Source: a virus
IMG/VR virus record: IMGVR_UViG_3300050343_000163
Length of the DNA stretch: 64,000 nucleotides
Reading direction: 5' to 3' (one strand)
Of this stretch, positions 1 through 9,176 are shown in pieces. Under the pieces are notes generated by a model. That model was not told the origin of the DNA. It saw only the letters and a program-made list of their open reading frames with translations, and searched no databases. The position numbers and the translations under genes are program-made. Each line of letters opens with the position of its first letter. The stretch's first letter is position 1.

Positions 1-523
1 ATACATCCTCTTTATCAAAGATCTGATCAATACATTCAGCAATAATTTCAACTATACCATCTGTAGATGGAGTTTGACCCATAATAGATCCACTAATGAA
101 TTCAGTCCAAGAAGGATACTTCATAATAACACCAAGTTCATCATTTAGCATGATTTTAGGGTCATGTCCTTCTGGTTTGCTGACTTTAACCTCAGTCAGA
201 TTCAGATTATACTTAACTTGCGTTTTTTCGTCATCTTTGCAAGTTACATTCATCTGTACAATTTCACCAACAGATACAGCACGAATTTGAAGGAAAATAT
301 ATTCCAAATCAAACATTGCTAGATCTTCTAGTTTAATTCTTGACTGAATACAACCCTTTAAAAGAGACTTAACAGATTTTTCAATTTCTTTTTCATCTTG
401 TGTTTCTAAAGCTATTAGAAGTACCTTTTCTTCCTTTACAACAAAAGGACGATATCTCAATTTTTTCCCATTAGAAGGAATTTCCAACTCATAAGTTGGG
501 AGAACAACTTGTGGCAACGCCAT
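1..523 (-). CDS. gp26: Baseplate hub subunit, T4 gp26-like (runs off the window start)
   Basis: Manual translation from ATG at 523: MALPQVVLPTYELEIPSNGKKLRYRPFVVKEEKVLLIALE...DLEYIFLQIRAVSVGE; typical gp26 N-terminus; usual synteny. Confidence 0.85.
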   Translation of the reverse strand, partial: MALPQVVLPTYELEIPSNGKKLRYRPFVVKEEKVLLIALETQDEKEIEKSVKSLLKGCIQSRIKLEDLAMFDLEYIFLQIRAVSVGEIVQMNVTCKDDEKTQVKYNLNLTEVKVSKPEGHDPKIMLNDELGVIMKYPSWTEFISGSIMGQTPSTDGIVEIIAECIDQIFDKEDV

Positions 524-542
524 TATATTAACTCCAAGGTCA

Positions 543-550
543 TATTTATA
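543..550 (-). promoter_or_regulatory. T4-type late promoter TATAAATA for gp26
   Basis: tatttata on + strand, 20 nt upstream of the gp26 start. Confidence 0.75.
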
Positions 551-556
551 TTTAGC

Positions 557-600
557 GACTTTTTCAGACGAAAAATATCGGGAATTTTTTTCCCACTTTT
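557..600. repeat. A/T-tract element, copy 1 (related to 4344-4387)
   Basis: GACTTTTTCAGACGAAAAATATCGGGAATTTTTTTCCCACTTTT aligns with GACTTTTTTTACCAAAAAATTGGCAGAGAATTTTTTTCACTTTT. Confidence 0.55.
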
Positions 601-626
601 ATGGAACTGAAAATTGCAATTTGACC

Positions 627-1403
627 CTACTGATCCATGGGGAAGGCATTCACCATTCTTGACGCAAGATTTTTATTACCAGTCACAGCTACTTCCCTCT
701 TAAAGTTCTCTAGTCGTTGCTCATCTGTAAGAGGAGTAACACTTTGATATGGACCCAATCCATCACCTTTAGTAATTTGAGGAGCTTTTCTAACATCTCT
801 CATTATAGTATAATGTCTTTCATACTTGAATTGAGCTGTTACTTTTGTTATTTGAGAGGATCCAAATTGAAGTGGGATAGCATCAATTTGGTATGGCCAT
901 GCTTTCTCCATAACATAAGTGATTGGTTTTCTTTCAGTAGAAGAATCTTTTCCAGCCTCTGTCTTTGTAATATAAATGTCACACGCATAGTCATCTTTGT
1001 AACCGACTCTCATTACTCTATTAGGACTTAATACATTTCCTTTTTCTTTAATATTATTGTTATCCATACCACCAATAATAACATAATACCAAGCATTTAA
1101 AGCTTTCAAAATGTTTAAGTTAGCATCTAACATAAATGTAAGAGAAAATTCTGTAAACACTCTTGTGTGTGGATAATCTACAGCACCAAGACCAGTGACT
1201 AATCCAACTTGTGTTCCAGTTGCAGTATTTGAGTTAGGCAATTGTGCTTCTTCACAAAAAATCTCTAACAAATCAGGATTGAAGAAATCAGCTGGAGAAA
1301 CACCTCCCTTAGAACCTTTAAATTCTACTAGAAAGTTATTACTAAATGAAAATCCGCCTTGACGACTGACCTGAGATAAAAATGAAGTAATTCCCGCTGC
1401 CAC
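627..1403 (-). CDS. Tail-tube-like baseplate protein (gp54/gp19-like)
   Basis: 258 aa, GTG start; CEEAQLPN...YPHTRVFTEFSLTF and AWPYQIDAIPLQFGSSQITKVTAQFKYE resemble the tail-tube fold; lies between gp26 and gp4. Confidence 0.6.
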   Translation of the reverse strand: MAAGITSFLSQVSRQGGFSFSNNFLVEFKGSKGGVSPADFFNPDLLEIFCEEAQLPNSNTATGTQVGLVTGLGAVDYPHTRVFTEFSLTFMLDANLNILKALNAWYYVIIGGMDNNNIKEKGNVLSPNRVMRVGYKDDYACDIYITKTEAGKDSSTERKPITYVMEKAWPYQIDAIPLQFGSSQITKVTAQFKYERHYTIMRDVRKAPQITKGDGLGPYQSVTPLTDEQRLENFKREVAVTGNKNLASRMVNAFPMDQ

Positions 1404-1434
1404 GCTAAATACCTATGTTGGATCATTTATATTT

Positions 1435-1866
1435 ATGGCGTACTCTGGGTATTTTAAACCTAAAAACCCTCAGAAGTACCGTGGCAACCCGACAAACATT
1501 GTTTACAGGTCGCTATGGGAACGTAAGTTCATGGTGTTCTGTGACAATAACCCTTCAATATTACAGTGGGGAAGTGAAGAGATTATTATACCATACAGAG
1601 CTCCTGATGGTAAGGTGAGGCGATACTATCCAGACTTTTATATCAAAGTTCGTGAAAAGTCTGGTAATCTTGCGAAGTATATTATTGAAGTAAAACCCAA
1701 AAAACAAACACAACCACCGAATGAGAAAAATAAACGAACTGCCTCATATCGTAATGCTGTATTAACATACGCAAAGAACCAAACTAAATGGTCTGCTGCT
1801 CGTGAATATTGTGAAGATAGGCAGATGAACTTCTTAATATTAACCGAGGATCATTTAGGAGTATGA
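1435..1866 (+). CDS. gp4: Head completion nuclease (TnsA-like PD-(D/E)XK)
   Basis: MAYSGYFKPKNPQKYRGNPTNIVYRSLWE...YYPDF...IIEVKPKKQT. Confidence 0.92.
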   Translation: MAYSGYFKPKNPQKYRGNPTNIVYRSLWERKFMVFCDNNPSILQWGSEEIIIPYRAPDGKVRRYYPDFYIKVREKSGNLAKYIIEVKPKKQTQPPNEKNKRTASYRNAVLTYAKNQTKWSAAREYCEDRQMNFLILTEDHLGV

Positions 1867-1869
1867 CAA

Positions 1870-2559
1870 ATGACAACAGGATTCGCCGCTATACAGCGCA
1901 ACAACGTAAATAAAGAACCAGGATACAAAACATTATTTGAAAAAGTCTCCGCTAAAACAAACGGAGAAAAAAAATCACTTGCATGGTATAGAAATGCAGT
2001 GAAATCAGAAGCTAGTAGTTATAAGAAAAATTTTAGTAAGTATATATTAAATGAAAAGAGTGACAGAGTAGGCGCTGCTGATGAACAAGATGCAAATGAA
2101 TTGCGTCGATACACAGTAGCAGGACACCTTTATATGTTTGAGTATAAAGCAAAGATGAAGTATCTTCCTTACTATGATAGGTTTCCTTTAGTGTATGCAA
2201 TCAAAGCAGCAGGTAAAACTGAATTTTGGGGTGCTAACCTACATTACTTGTCACCAAAGAAGAGAATTATAGCTACTAAAAAATTAATGCAGGGAAGAAT
2301 TGACATTCCTAAGAGATGTTTCCATAAATACCTAAGTTCACATGTAGAAGGGTTATACCTAGATCTATCTTCAAGTGAATGGGATACTGCAATCCTATTA
2401 CCAACAGAAGATTTTGTAAAAAATGTCAACGGCATGGTATTTCCAATAGATAAATCTGAAGTATGGAAAGATACTGATGAGAATTTCTACGATAAAATCC
2501 GAGGTCAAAGACTAGTGAAAGGATATGGAACACCACAATCCAAGGAAATGAGTAGATGA
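1870..2559 (+). CDS. gp2: DNA end protector protein
   Basis: LYMFEYKAK...LPYYDRFPLV...FWGANLHYL motifs; follows gp4. Confidence 0.85.
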   Translation: MTTGFAAIQRNNVNKEPGYKTLFEKVSAKTNGEKKSLAWYRNAVKSEASSYKKNFSKYILNEKSDRVGAADEQDANELRRYTVAGHLYMFEYKAKMKYLPYYDRFPLVYAIKAAGKTEFWGANLHYLSPKKRIIATKKLMQGRIDIPKRCFHKYLSSHVEGLYLDLSSSEWDTAILLPTEDFVKNVNGMVFPIDKSEVWKDTDENFYDKIRGQRLVKGYGTPQSKEMSR

Positions 2560-3713
2560 ATAAACCTAAACAAGAAAAACAATGGTTCTGGGATTTTATC
2601 CAAGAATACGTCCTCGGGACAGGTGGTTTTGGTTCCGATGAAATTATCAAAGAGCAACAAGAGAAACAAGCAAAAGAGGAAGGATACGATAGTGCCGCAG
2701 AATTTAATGTTAATTCTAGAATTAAAAGATTAGATTCACCTAAAGAAAATTATACATCTTCCAATATTCTAAAATATCCTAATGCTCAGACTATTGGTGA
2801 GCAGAGTGACTATGTATTGTTTCAGTTTAAAAAATATAATCCACCATTTCAAAAAAGATCTAAAAAAGCATTTGGAGTCGAAGGTAATAACCTCAATATT
2901 AATACCGAGGAAAAATTAGGAAATTATCTTGGAAAACCCTATGATTACAATCAAGTTGGTGAATATACAGATGCTGGAGAGGATTATCCATCTGTCATAA
3001 TGTATATGCCAGAAGATATTTCTACTGGTTTCAGAGGTAATTGGGGTGGTAAAGCATTCAGTACAGTTGGTGCAGGTATTTTAAGAGCTGCTGGTCAAGA
3101 AGGACTAGGTGCCAAACTTGCTGGAGGTTTTGGTACACTTAATGGTGCAGCAGAAAGAGCTCTTGGTCTAGCATCTGCTGCAGTTTTACAGAAGTCTGTT
3201 CAAAAAGCTGGTGGTGATCAACTTACTAAAGATGATATTTTTGGATCAATATCTGGGGCAATCATGAATCCCAATACTGAATTGATGTTCCAAAGTGTTG
3301 ACATGAGAAACTTTGCTTTGAAATTCAAATTAGTTCCAAGAAATGCAGGTGAATCTAAAGAAATTAATAAAATCATAAAAGTATTCAAAGCATGTACTTT
3401 ACCACGCCGTGATCCTGAACAAGTAATGGGATTTAATGATCCAGGTAAACCGATAAACAAGGGAATTGTGTCTGCATTTATTGGTGTACCAAATCTTTGC
3501 AGAATTTCTTTTATGCGTGGAGCAACTGAACATAATGTTCTTCCAAGATATAAAATGTTAGCTGTTACTGAAGTAAGTGTAAATTACACTCCTGATGGAG
3601 CATATGCTACATATAGAGATGATGGTCAACCTGTTGCCATCGAATTAACACTTAATTTTCAAGAAACAAAAATCAACTTTGCAGAAGAAGTTCTCTCAGA
3701 CTCTGTTCGATAA
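2556..3713 (+). CDS. gp48: Baseplate tail tube cap
   Basis: NPNTELMFQSVDMRNFALKFKLVPRNAGES, VNYTPDG, IELTLNFQETK. Confidence 0.8.
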   Translation: MNKPKQEKQWFWDFIQEYVLGTGGFGSDEIIKEQQEKQAKEEGYDSAAEFNVNSRIKRLDSPKENYTSSNILKYPNAQTIGEQSDYVLFQFKKYNPPFQKRSKKAFGVEGNNLNINTEEKLGNYLGKPYDYNQVGEYTDAGEDYPSVIMYMPEDISTGFRGNWGGKAFSTVGAGILRAAGQEGLGAKLAGGFGTLNGAAERALGLASAAVLQKSVQKAGGDQLTKDDIFGSISGAIMNPNTELMFQSVDMRNFALKFKLVPRNAGESKEINKIIKVFKACTLPRRDPEQVMGFNDPGKPINKGIVSAFIGVPNLCRISFMRGATEHNVLPRYKMLAVTEVSVNYTPDGAYATYRDDGQPVAIELTLNFQETKINFAEEVLSDSVR

Positions 3714-4345
3714 TGTATTTTTCAATCATACCAGATCTCGCTTACGACGAGAAACCAATCAACTCTCCTTTTTCAACATCAGATTTTACAGTCGCGAAGA
3801 ATTTTTTTCGTAGATATAAAATCAATGATGATATCTTTTCCAATGTTGTTTACTTTAACAAGTATGCAATCAAAGATGGAGAACGTCCAGATGTTTTAGC
3901 TAGGAATTTTTACGGAAATCAATTTTATGATTGGGTAATTCTTTTGACTAACAACATGGTCAACGCACAGTATGATTGGCCAATGAATAACTATGAACTC
4001 TATAGAGTATTAGAGCAAGAATTTGATGATCCATACAGTCAGATCAATCATTATGAAATCAAACAATCGATGGGACACTATGCTGCTGGTTTACATGTTG
4101 ATCAAACATTTTACAATGGACAGCATAAATTAAATATCGATGGTGTCATGACATTAAAAAACGGCAATGAGATTTGTAGTCCCATTACCGTTGCAGAATA
4201 TTATCAAGAAGAAAATGATAAGAAGAGAGAAATATATCTTCTTAAAAAACAATACTTACAATCTTTTGTAGATGATTTCAGAAAACAAAATCTATACAAA
4301 AAAGACACCAACTATATTAGTCAGCGTCTAAAGAAAACTGGTTGA
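3713..4345 (+). CDS. gp53: Baseplate wedge subunit
   Basis: MYFSIIPDLAY...IKDGERPDVLARNFYG...DWVILLTNN...DWP...EENDKKREI. Confidence 0.88.
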   Translation: MYFSIIPDLAYDEKPINSPFSTSDFTVAKNFFRRYKINDDIFSNVVYFNKYAIKDGERPDVLARNFYGNQFYDWVILLTNNMVNAQYDWPMNNYELYRVLEQEFDDPYSQINHYEIKQSMGHYAAGLHVDQTFYNGQHKLNIDGVMTLKNGNEICSPITVAEYYQEENDKKREIYLLKKQYLQSFVDDFRKQNLYKKDTNYISQRLKKTG

Positions 4346-4387
4346 CTTTTTTTACCAAAAAATTGGCAGAGAATTTTTTTCACTTTT
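4344..4387. repeat. A/T-tract element, copy 2
   Basis: Similar to 557-600; sits at the convergence point after gp53. Confidence 0.55.
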
Positions 4388-4508
4388 CACAGATTTGATT
4401 ATCGAATTTCGTCTCTAGTTTTGCGACTCGTGTGAGGAGAACTAGGTTGTCTGCCTCCACCTGATCGAGACGCTTACGTAGTGCCTCGATCATTTCTTTT
4501 TTCTTCAT
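4380..4508 (-). CDS. Small coiled-coil hypothetical protein (42 aa)
   Basis: Manual translation MKKKEMIEALRKRLDQVEADNLVLLTRVAKLETKFDNQICEK; start abuts the upstream stop. Confidence 0.55.
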   Translation of the reverse strand: MKKKEMIEALRKRLDQVEADNLVLLTRVAKLETKFDNQICEK

Positions 4509-4702
4509 TAGTTAAGTTCATAACAAGCTGATCGTGCCAACTCTGGATTCTTTTTCAGTGCTCGATGCACATGACCATGAACATCTGTTTCTAAAGTATG
4601 ATGTGCATTAGTATGGACTACTTGAATCAATCCTAAGGTTCCAACAAAAGTTAAGTTTAAAACTGTAACTGGGTGAAAGATAACCTCAAACACTTTCTTC
4701 AC
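4508..4702 (-). CDS. Hypothetical small membrane protein
   Basis: 64 aa with an N-terminal hydrophobic stretch; coupled to its neighbours. Confidence 0.6.
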   Translation of the reverse strand: MKKVFEVIFHPVTVLNLTFVGTLGLIQVVHTNAHHTLETDVHGHVHRALKKNPELARSACYELN

Positions 4703-4857
4703 TTAATGAACTTATCCATACGAAGTTTAATGTAATACATTCCTACGACCCAAAGGGAGAAGAGAAACCCCTCCCCGTAGCTCATAGAATTCCATGCTCC
4801 AACTGCTCCATCTAGCATTGCTAGAGTGTCAGGCATTGCCAAGAATTCAGTTCCCAT
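4699..4857 (-). CDS. Hypothetical small membrane protein (52 aa)
   Basis: MGTEFLAMPDT...FLFSLWVVGMYYIKLRMDKFIK; starts right after the gp32 stop; the longer called ORF overlaps gp32. Confidence 0.55.
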   Translation of the reverse strand: MGTEFLAMPDTLAMLDGAVGAWNSMSYGEGFLFSLWVVGMYYIKLRMDKFIK

Positions 4858-4858
4858 A

Positions 4859-5785
4859 TTACTCTTCAGCAAGACGTGCGAAGTAGGACAGGGCATCATC
4901 ATCATCAACGACTGCTTCTTCCTTGACAGGAGAACGATGGTGACCACCAACCAGTTGATTATTACTATCGATAGTAATATCAGGGGCGTTGAAACTACCA
5001 CGACCTTCAGACTCATCCTCGAAGGACTCATCAACTGGACGGGGAGCAGGACGTGCGCTGATACCTAGCACAAGATTCAAACGACGCTCAAGATCTTCGT
5101 ATGACTTGAACTGCTCTTTAGAAGTGAATGACTCTAGTGAGTATTCTTTTTTCCACGTTGCTTCAAGTTCATCATCGTCTGCAGACAAAGCACTAACACT
5201 ATCAAACTCAGAGCTATCATAGTTCCAGTACCCTGCTACTTTTTTGATCTTCAATTTGAAGTTAGCACCTTCCCAAAGATCAAAGACATTTACTGGTGTC
5301 TCATCTTGGAACTCGGGTTGCATGGCAGCAAGGATCTTATCATGGATCTTCTTGCCATACTTATACAAGAATGTCTTACCCTCGTTCTCAGGGTGCTTAG
5401 GATCCTTTACAACATAGATGTTACTGTAGTAAGAAAGCTTACGCTTCTGCTTACGTGCAGTCTCTTTGTCCTCATCAGCACCGCTGTTCCAGAGACGGCG
5501 GTTCACTTCACCAACGGGATCCTTTTCGTTGAGTGTAGTTAAGGAGTTTTCAATGTACCAACCACCAATACCTTGGAAGGCATGGGAGTACACCTTTGCC
5601 CATGGGATGGTTTCACCATCAGGGGCAGGAAGGAATCTGATAACGGCATATCCGTTACCAGCAGCGTCAACTTCTGGTTTCCAGAACCTATCATCAACGT
5701 TCTTACCGCTGGATGACTTCTCAAGTTCCTTCTGAAGGTAGGAGAAGTTGTTCTGAGATTTACGCTTTAAGTCTGCGAATGACAT
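4859..5785 (-). CDS. gp32: Single-stranded DNA-binding protein
   Basis: DDRFWKPEVDAAGNGYAVIRFLP, YKYGKKI, GANFKLKIKKVAGYWNYD, acidic tail. Confidence 0.97.
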   Translation of the reverse strand: MSFADLKRKSQNNFSYLQKELEKSSSGKNVDDRFWKPEVDAAGNGYAVIRFLPAPDGETIPWAKVYSHAFQGIGGWYIENSLTTLNEKDPVGEVNRRLWNSGADEDKETARKQKRKLSYYSNIYVVKDPKHPENEGKTFLYKYGKKIHDKILAAMQPEFQDETPVNVFDLWEGANFKLKIKKVAGYWNYDSSEFDSVSALSADDDELEATWKKEYSLESFTSKEQFKSYEDLERRLNLVLGISARPAPRPVDESFEDESEGRGSFNAPDITIDSNNQLVGGHHRSPVKEEAVVDDDDALSYFARLAEE

Positions 5786-5858
5786 AGATTACCTCGGATT
5801 TAATCGGATTTGGTTTGTGTATTGGGTCGGAACCCAATGGTGCCCTCATCACTTGAAC

Positions 5859-5887
5859 ATAATAACAGGCAAGGGGACGGGCGTCAA
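5859..5887 (-). promoter_or_regulatory. Sigma70-like early promoter for gp32
   Basis: TTGACG-N17-TATTAT on minus strand. Confidence 0.75.
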
Positions 5888-6219
5888 CCCCCTGCCTCTA
5901 ATTGTTGCTTCATGCGTTGAACCTTTAACAATAGTTCATCAAACATGGATTCGATGGACGTGTCAGGTGTAGCTCCTAGCATGACAACCCCCTGCTTCAT
6001 GGTCTCGATGACCGATTTAGCTTCGGGATCATCACTCAGTTTAGCACGAGCATAAAAGATCTTTTGTTTTTCAATGAGAGTTTCAAGTGCATCAAAATAA
6101 TCCATCTTCCTTTCGTCTTCAAGAAGAACAAAATTCATAGCGGATCTAAAACAGAACTGCTGGAGCTCCAACATTTCTTGGATGTCACCTCTAACTATAT
6201 CAGATTTAAAGAAACTCAT
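5884..6219 (-). CDS. Conserved cyanophage hypothetical protein (DUF1825-like)
   Basis: MSFFKSDIVRGDIQEMLELQ...LIEKQKIFYARAKLSDDPEAK; usual position upstream of gp32. Confidence 0.7.
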   Translation of the reverse strand: MSFFKSDIVRGDIQEMLELQQFCFRSAMNFVLLEDERKMDYFDALETLIEKQKIFYARAKLSDDPEAKSVIETMKQGVVMLGATPDTSIESMFDELLLKVQRMKQQLEAGG

Positions 6220-6470
6220 ACTAACATTAACTTGGCACGACTTGTTTTTTTCATGAAGTTAAGTTGCTGTGCATCATGACGCAACTTTTCTTTCAATGGT
6301 TTGCTAATTAGTTTACTTACACTATCTAATTCGATTTCATTTTCCTCGCAGTAGTGAATAACAGAATCAATATAATTCATTGATGGATTGTGTAATGCAA
6401 TCTTCTCCACTTCCTGCGAAAATCTCGCAGCGGTCATAAATTTATCCTCTAATAATTGTTTTTTGTCCAT
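6216..6470 (-). CDS. gp33: Late promoter transcription co-activator
   Basis: FSQEVEKIA...YIDSVIHYCEENEIELDSVSKLISKPLKEKL...LNFMKKTSRAKL. Confidence 0.92.
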   Translation of the reverse strand: MDKKQLLEDKFMTAARFSQEVEKIALHNPSMNYIDSVIHYCEENEIELDSVSKLISKPLKEKLRHDAQQLNFMKKTSRAKLMLV

Positions 6471-7140
6471 ATCGTTCTTGGTATTCGTCGATGTAACCCA
6501 TCAACTTGATGAAATATTCTTTCTTAGGTGGAAGCACCTTGACTTGGGTCTCTCCGTTTTCACAAGCAACGATTGTGACGAGTTGTTTGACACTCAACCC
6601 GTAGTTTTCTTGAAGCATACATGCGTATGCAGTTTCTTGAACGAAATAGTCGTAGAGATATTCTTCACGCTTAGGTTGTTCTGCTGTCTTAAAGTCAATA
6701 ATAGACAACACACCATCAAACTCAGCGATACAATCTACACGCCCTGCTAGTTCTAAATGTTTAGAGTAGAGCGCAGCTTCCTGTAAGTAAATATTATTTA
6801 TACGGTCCAAAGTAGGACGACTGTGGTGAAACATCAGCACAGGAAGGGGATGTGATTTGTATTTCTTTAAGTCTAAATCGTTATTAAGATAATCTTCTGC
6901 AACTAAATGATACTTTGTGCCACGACCAGTAGCACGAGTGGACTTGGCATTTGCTGCCTTCTCACCAACACGAGCTCGCCACCTAGCAATACCCGCCATC
7001 TTTTTAGCATTGTTACCAATCACGGTGGTGACAGATGGAAATTTCATGCCTTCGGGTGTGAGATAAAGTCTTTTTCCTTCGACCATCTCAGCAGACATTT
7101 CAATAGGTTCAATGCCACCTACATGATTAAACAATTTCAT
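6442..7140 (-). CDS. PD-(D/E)XK exonuclease (cyanophage exonuclease A type)
   Basis: FPSVTTVIG, RGTKYH, LAGRVDCIAEFDGVLSIIDFKT, YFVQETAYA. Confidence 0.85.
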   Translation of the reverse strand: MKLFNHVGGIEPIEMSAEMVEGKRLYLTPEGMKFPSVTTVIGNNAKKMAGIARWRARVGEKAANAKSTRATGRGTKYHLVAEDYLNNDLDLKKYKSHPLPVLMFHHSRPTLDRINNIYLQEAALYSKHLELAGRVDCIAEFDGVLSIIDFKTAEQPKREEYLYDYFVQETAYACMLQENYGLSVKQLVTIVACENGETQVKVLPPKKEYFIKLMGYIDEYQERYGQKTIIRG

Positions 7141-7889
7141 AAACCTAAATTAATTTTGTTGATGAGATAAGATTTGACAAGACCAGAACGAACGATATCT
7201 TCTACACCGAATTCAACCAGTGAGAACTCATCCATTTTCTGTAAGATGCGTTGGAAGTCAATGATACCTGTACGCTCACTGATCTTTTGCAGATCAGTTT
7301 GTGCAGCATCACCACAGAAAATGATCTTACTATCCTGTCCAACACGAGTGATGATACTATCCAGTTCATGGAAGTTTAGGTTCTGACACTCATCAATGAT
7401 AACGATAGCATTGTCTAGTGTAGTGCCACGTATGAAACTAGTAGACCAGAAGGAGATAGTTTCCTGTGCCTTCAGGTTATCATAGAGCATTTCATATGAT
7501 GCATCGTCAGGCATCTCAAACATGGATTGAACCATGTTCTTATATGGTATCTGATAGAGAGAAGACTTATCCTCATGGTCGCCAGGTAAGAAACCAATCT
7601 CTCTAGTAGCTACTAGAGATCTAACGATGTATATTTTATCGTATGGTGTGTACTCATTCAATACATCTTTAAGTGCTTTGTACAGTGCAATGAACGTCTT
7701 ACCTGTACCTGCTACACCATATGCATATAACATCTGTCCTTTGTCCCACTCATCAAAGAAAATCTTTTGATTATCAGTGATGGGTTCAACAGGAAGCATG
7801 TATGCTTCGTCAATAGGTTTACGACGCTTGCGTTGCTTCGCAGTCATCCCTTGACCAGGTGATTTAGTTGTCTTCTTTCTAACGGGCAT
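7137..7889 (-). CDS. phoH: PhoH-family ATPase
   Basis: GVAGTGKT, IGFLPG, IRGTTLDNAIVIIDECQN, GDAAQTDL, DIVRSGLVK. Confidence 0.96.
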   Translation of the reverse strand: MPVRKKTTKSPGQGMTAKQRKRRKPIDEAYMLPVEPITDNQKIFFDEWDKGQMLYAYGVAGTGKTFIALYKALKDVLNEYTPYDKIYIVRSLVATREIGFLPGDHEDKSSLYQIPYKNMVQSMFEMPDDASYEMLYDNLKAQETISFWSTSFIRGTTLDNAIVIIDECQNLNFHELDSIITRVGQDSKIIFCGDAAQTDLQKISERTGIIDFQRILQKMDEFSLVEFGVEDIVRSGLVKSYLINKINLGL

Positions 7890-7891
7890 AA

Positions 7892-8158
7892 TTAGTAGTT
7901 GTACTTATCGGTAATGGTTTTGTTACGAGGTGCTTTAGGAATCACCTTGTTTTTCATGATGTCTTTCCATCCAGGATGGGTCCTCGCCATCTTATCTCTC
8001 CATTCTCCCACTTCACCAGAGGCAGGGCAAGTAGAGGGATCACTCCAATCTCTATCCCATTCTGGATTGTCTGTCTTCCACTGGTCCCAATCATGAACGC
8101 TAATTCTAACGTCCTTCTGTTCACCAGTCTCTTTATTAATCACTGGGTAAGTCGCCAT
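7892..8158 (-). CDS. Conserved cyanophage hypothetical protein
   Basis: Likely start MATYPVINKETGEQK; ends HPGWKDIMKNKVIPKAP... Confidence 0.7.
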   Translation of the reverse strand: MATYPVINKETGEQKDVRISVHDWDQWKTDNPEWDRDWSDPSTCPASGEVGEWRDKMARTHPGWKDIMKNKVIPKAPRNKTITDKYNY

Positions 8159-8366
8159 CGTCTCCCTCCTTTGTTTTATTAAATCCAAATGGACCTGCTC
8201 CCTTTTCTTCGAGTGCTAGCTTCAGTGCAACACCACCAATAGATTCCATAACTTTAATGACTTGCTCAGGTTTGGCATCCTCACCAAGTTCTTTGGCAAC
8301 ATACCAATACTTAGGCCAAAATGTTTGACCTGCTAATTCATAATCTTCTAACGTTAATAGTTTCAT
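8136..8366 (-). CDS. Conserved cyanophage hypothetical protein
   Basis: 76 aa MKLLTLEDYELAGQTFWPKYWYVAKELGEDAKPEQV. Confidence 0.7.
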   Translation of the reverse strand: MKLLTLEDYELAGQTFWPKYWYVAKELGEDAKPEQVIKVMESIGGVALKLALEEKGAGPFGFNKTKEGDDGDLPSD

Positions 8367-9001
8367 AACCAGTCAAGTGCCTCCGCACAAATAGGAAACT
8401 GTTCAGAGAATACACGACGTGCATCTTCTGCAATCAGCATGTGTTCTTTCTGCGTTCCATGAGCAGAACGCAATTCAATATAATGGATCCATGAACGAAC
8501 TGAGCCCGTCATGTAGATTTTTGTGGGAACTGCCAAAGGAAGCACAAATCTAGCACACTCCTTTGCCACACCGTGATCAAGCATAGTCTGGTATAGATCC
8601 ATAGAAGAAGCAAAATGCCTTTCGATAGCAATCTCAAACTCTTGCTTATGAAAAGCATCTAAATCATCAGTAGAATTCTGACGATTCTTTTTATCCTGAC
8701 GACGTAAATCAGGTAGAGGAATACGATCTGCTAGCATAGAACTATCAGCATACCGTTGAGAAAACTCTTGGAATGTAAAAGATCTATGTCGTAGAACTTG
8801 AGCTGCGATTCCTCTAGATGTCTCGATCTCAAGCGTCATGTGTGCCTGCTCAAAGACGCTCCAGTGGTTGTGCTTGATACAATACTTTAACAGACCAGAA
8901 ACCTTAGGATTATCCTGATTGTTTGGGTTCGATACTCTCGCCACGTACCCCATCATTTTCTCTGCGTCTGGTGTCACTGTTACGAGTTTCACTGAGTTCA
9001 T
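8363..9001 (-). CDS. thyX: FAD-dependent thymidylate synthase
   Basis: HWSVFEQ and RHRSFTFQEFSQRY ThyX signature. Confidence 0.97.
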   Translation of the reverse strand: MNSVKLVTVTPDAEKMMGYVARVSNPNNQDNPKVSGLLKYCIKHNHWSVFEQAHMTLEIETSRGIAAQVLRHRSFTFQEFSQRYADSSMLADRIPLPDLRRQDKKNRQNSTDDLDAFHKQEFEIAIERHFASSMDLYQTMLDHGVAKECARFVLPLAVPTKIYMTGSVRSWIHYIELRSAHGTQKEHMLIAEDARRVFSEQFPICAEALDWL

Positions 9002-9176
9002 TACTAAATCCTTTCTCCTGTTTTCTTTGTTGTTGTTTTACTTTCAGTTGTATCTTAGCACGTATAAGTGCTAATGTCATGTATTGCAATTCCTCATCTG
9101 TATACAGATCAGGTTTAATCTTTGCTTCCTTAATAGCTTTCTTTGCTAATCTTATCTGGTCTTTTAGTCGGGTCAT
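8910..9176 (-). CDS. Basic hypothetical protein; 3' end overlaps thyX by 92 nt
   Basis: MTRLKDQIRLAKKAIK...PDLYTDEELQYM. Confidence 0.6.
   Translation of the reverse strand: MTRLKDQIRLAKKAIKEAKIKPDLYTDEELQYMTLALIRAKIQLKVKQQQRKQEKGFSNELSETRNSDTRRRENDGVRGESIEPKQSG

Noticed and set aside
6442-7140. Possible Cas4/CRISPR link of the PD-(D/E)XK exonuclease
   Set aside because: No Fe-S cysteine cluster, no repeat-spacer array anywhere in the window, and it sits at the usual phoH-exo-gp33 position.
8910-9001. 92-nt overlap of the upstream basic ORF with thyX as a functional dual-coding region
   Set aside because: Most simply a lost stop codon; the extension is low-information and no conservation evidence is available.
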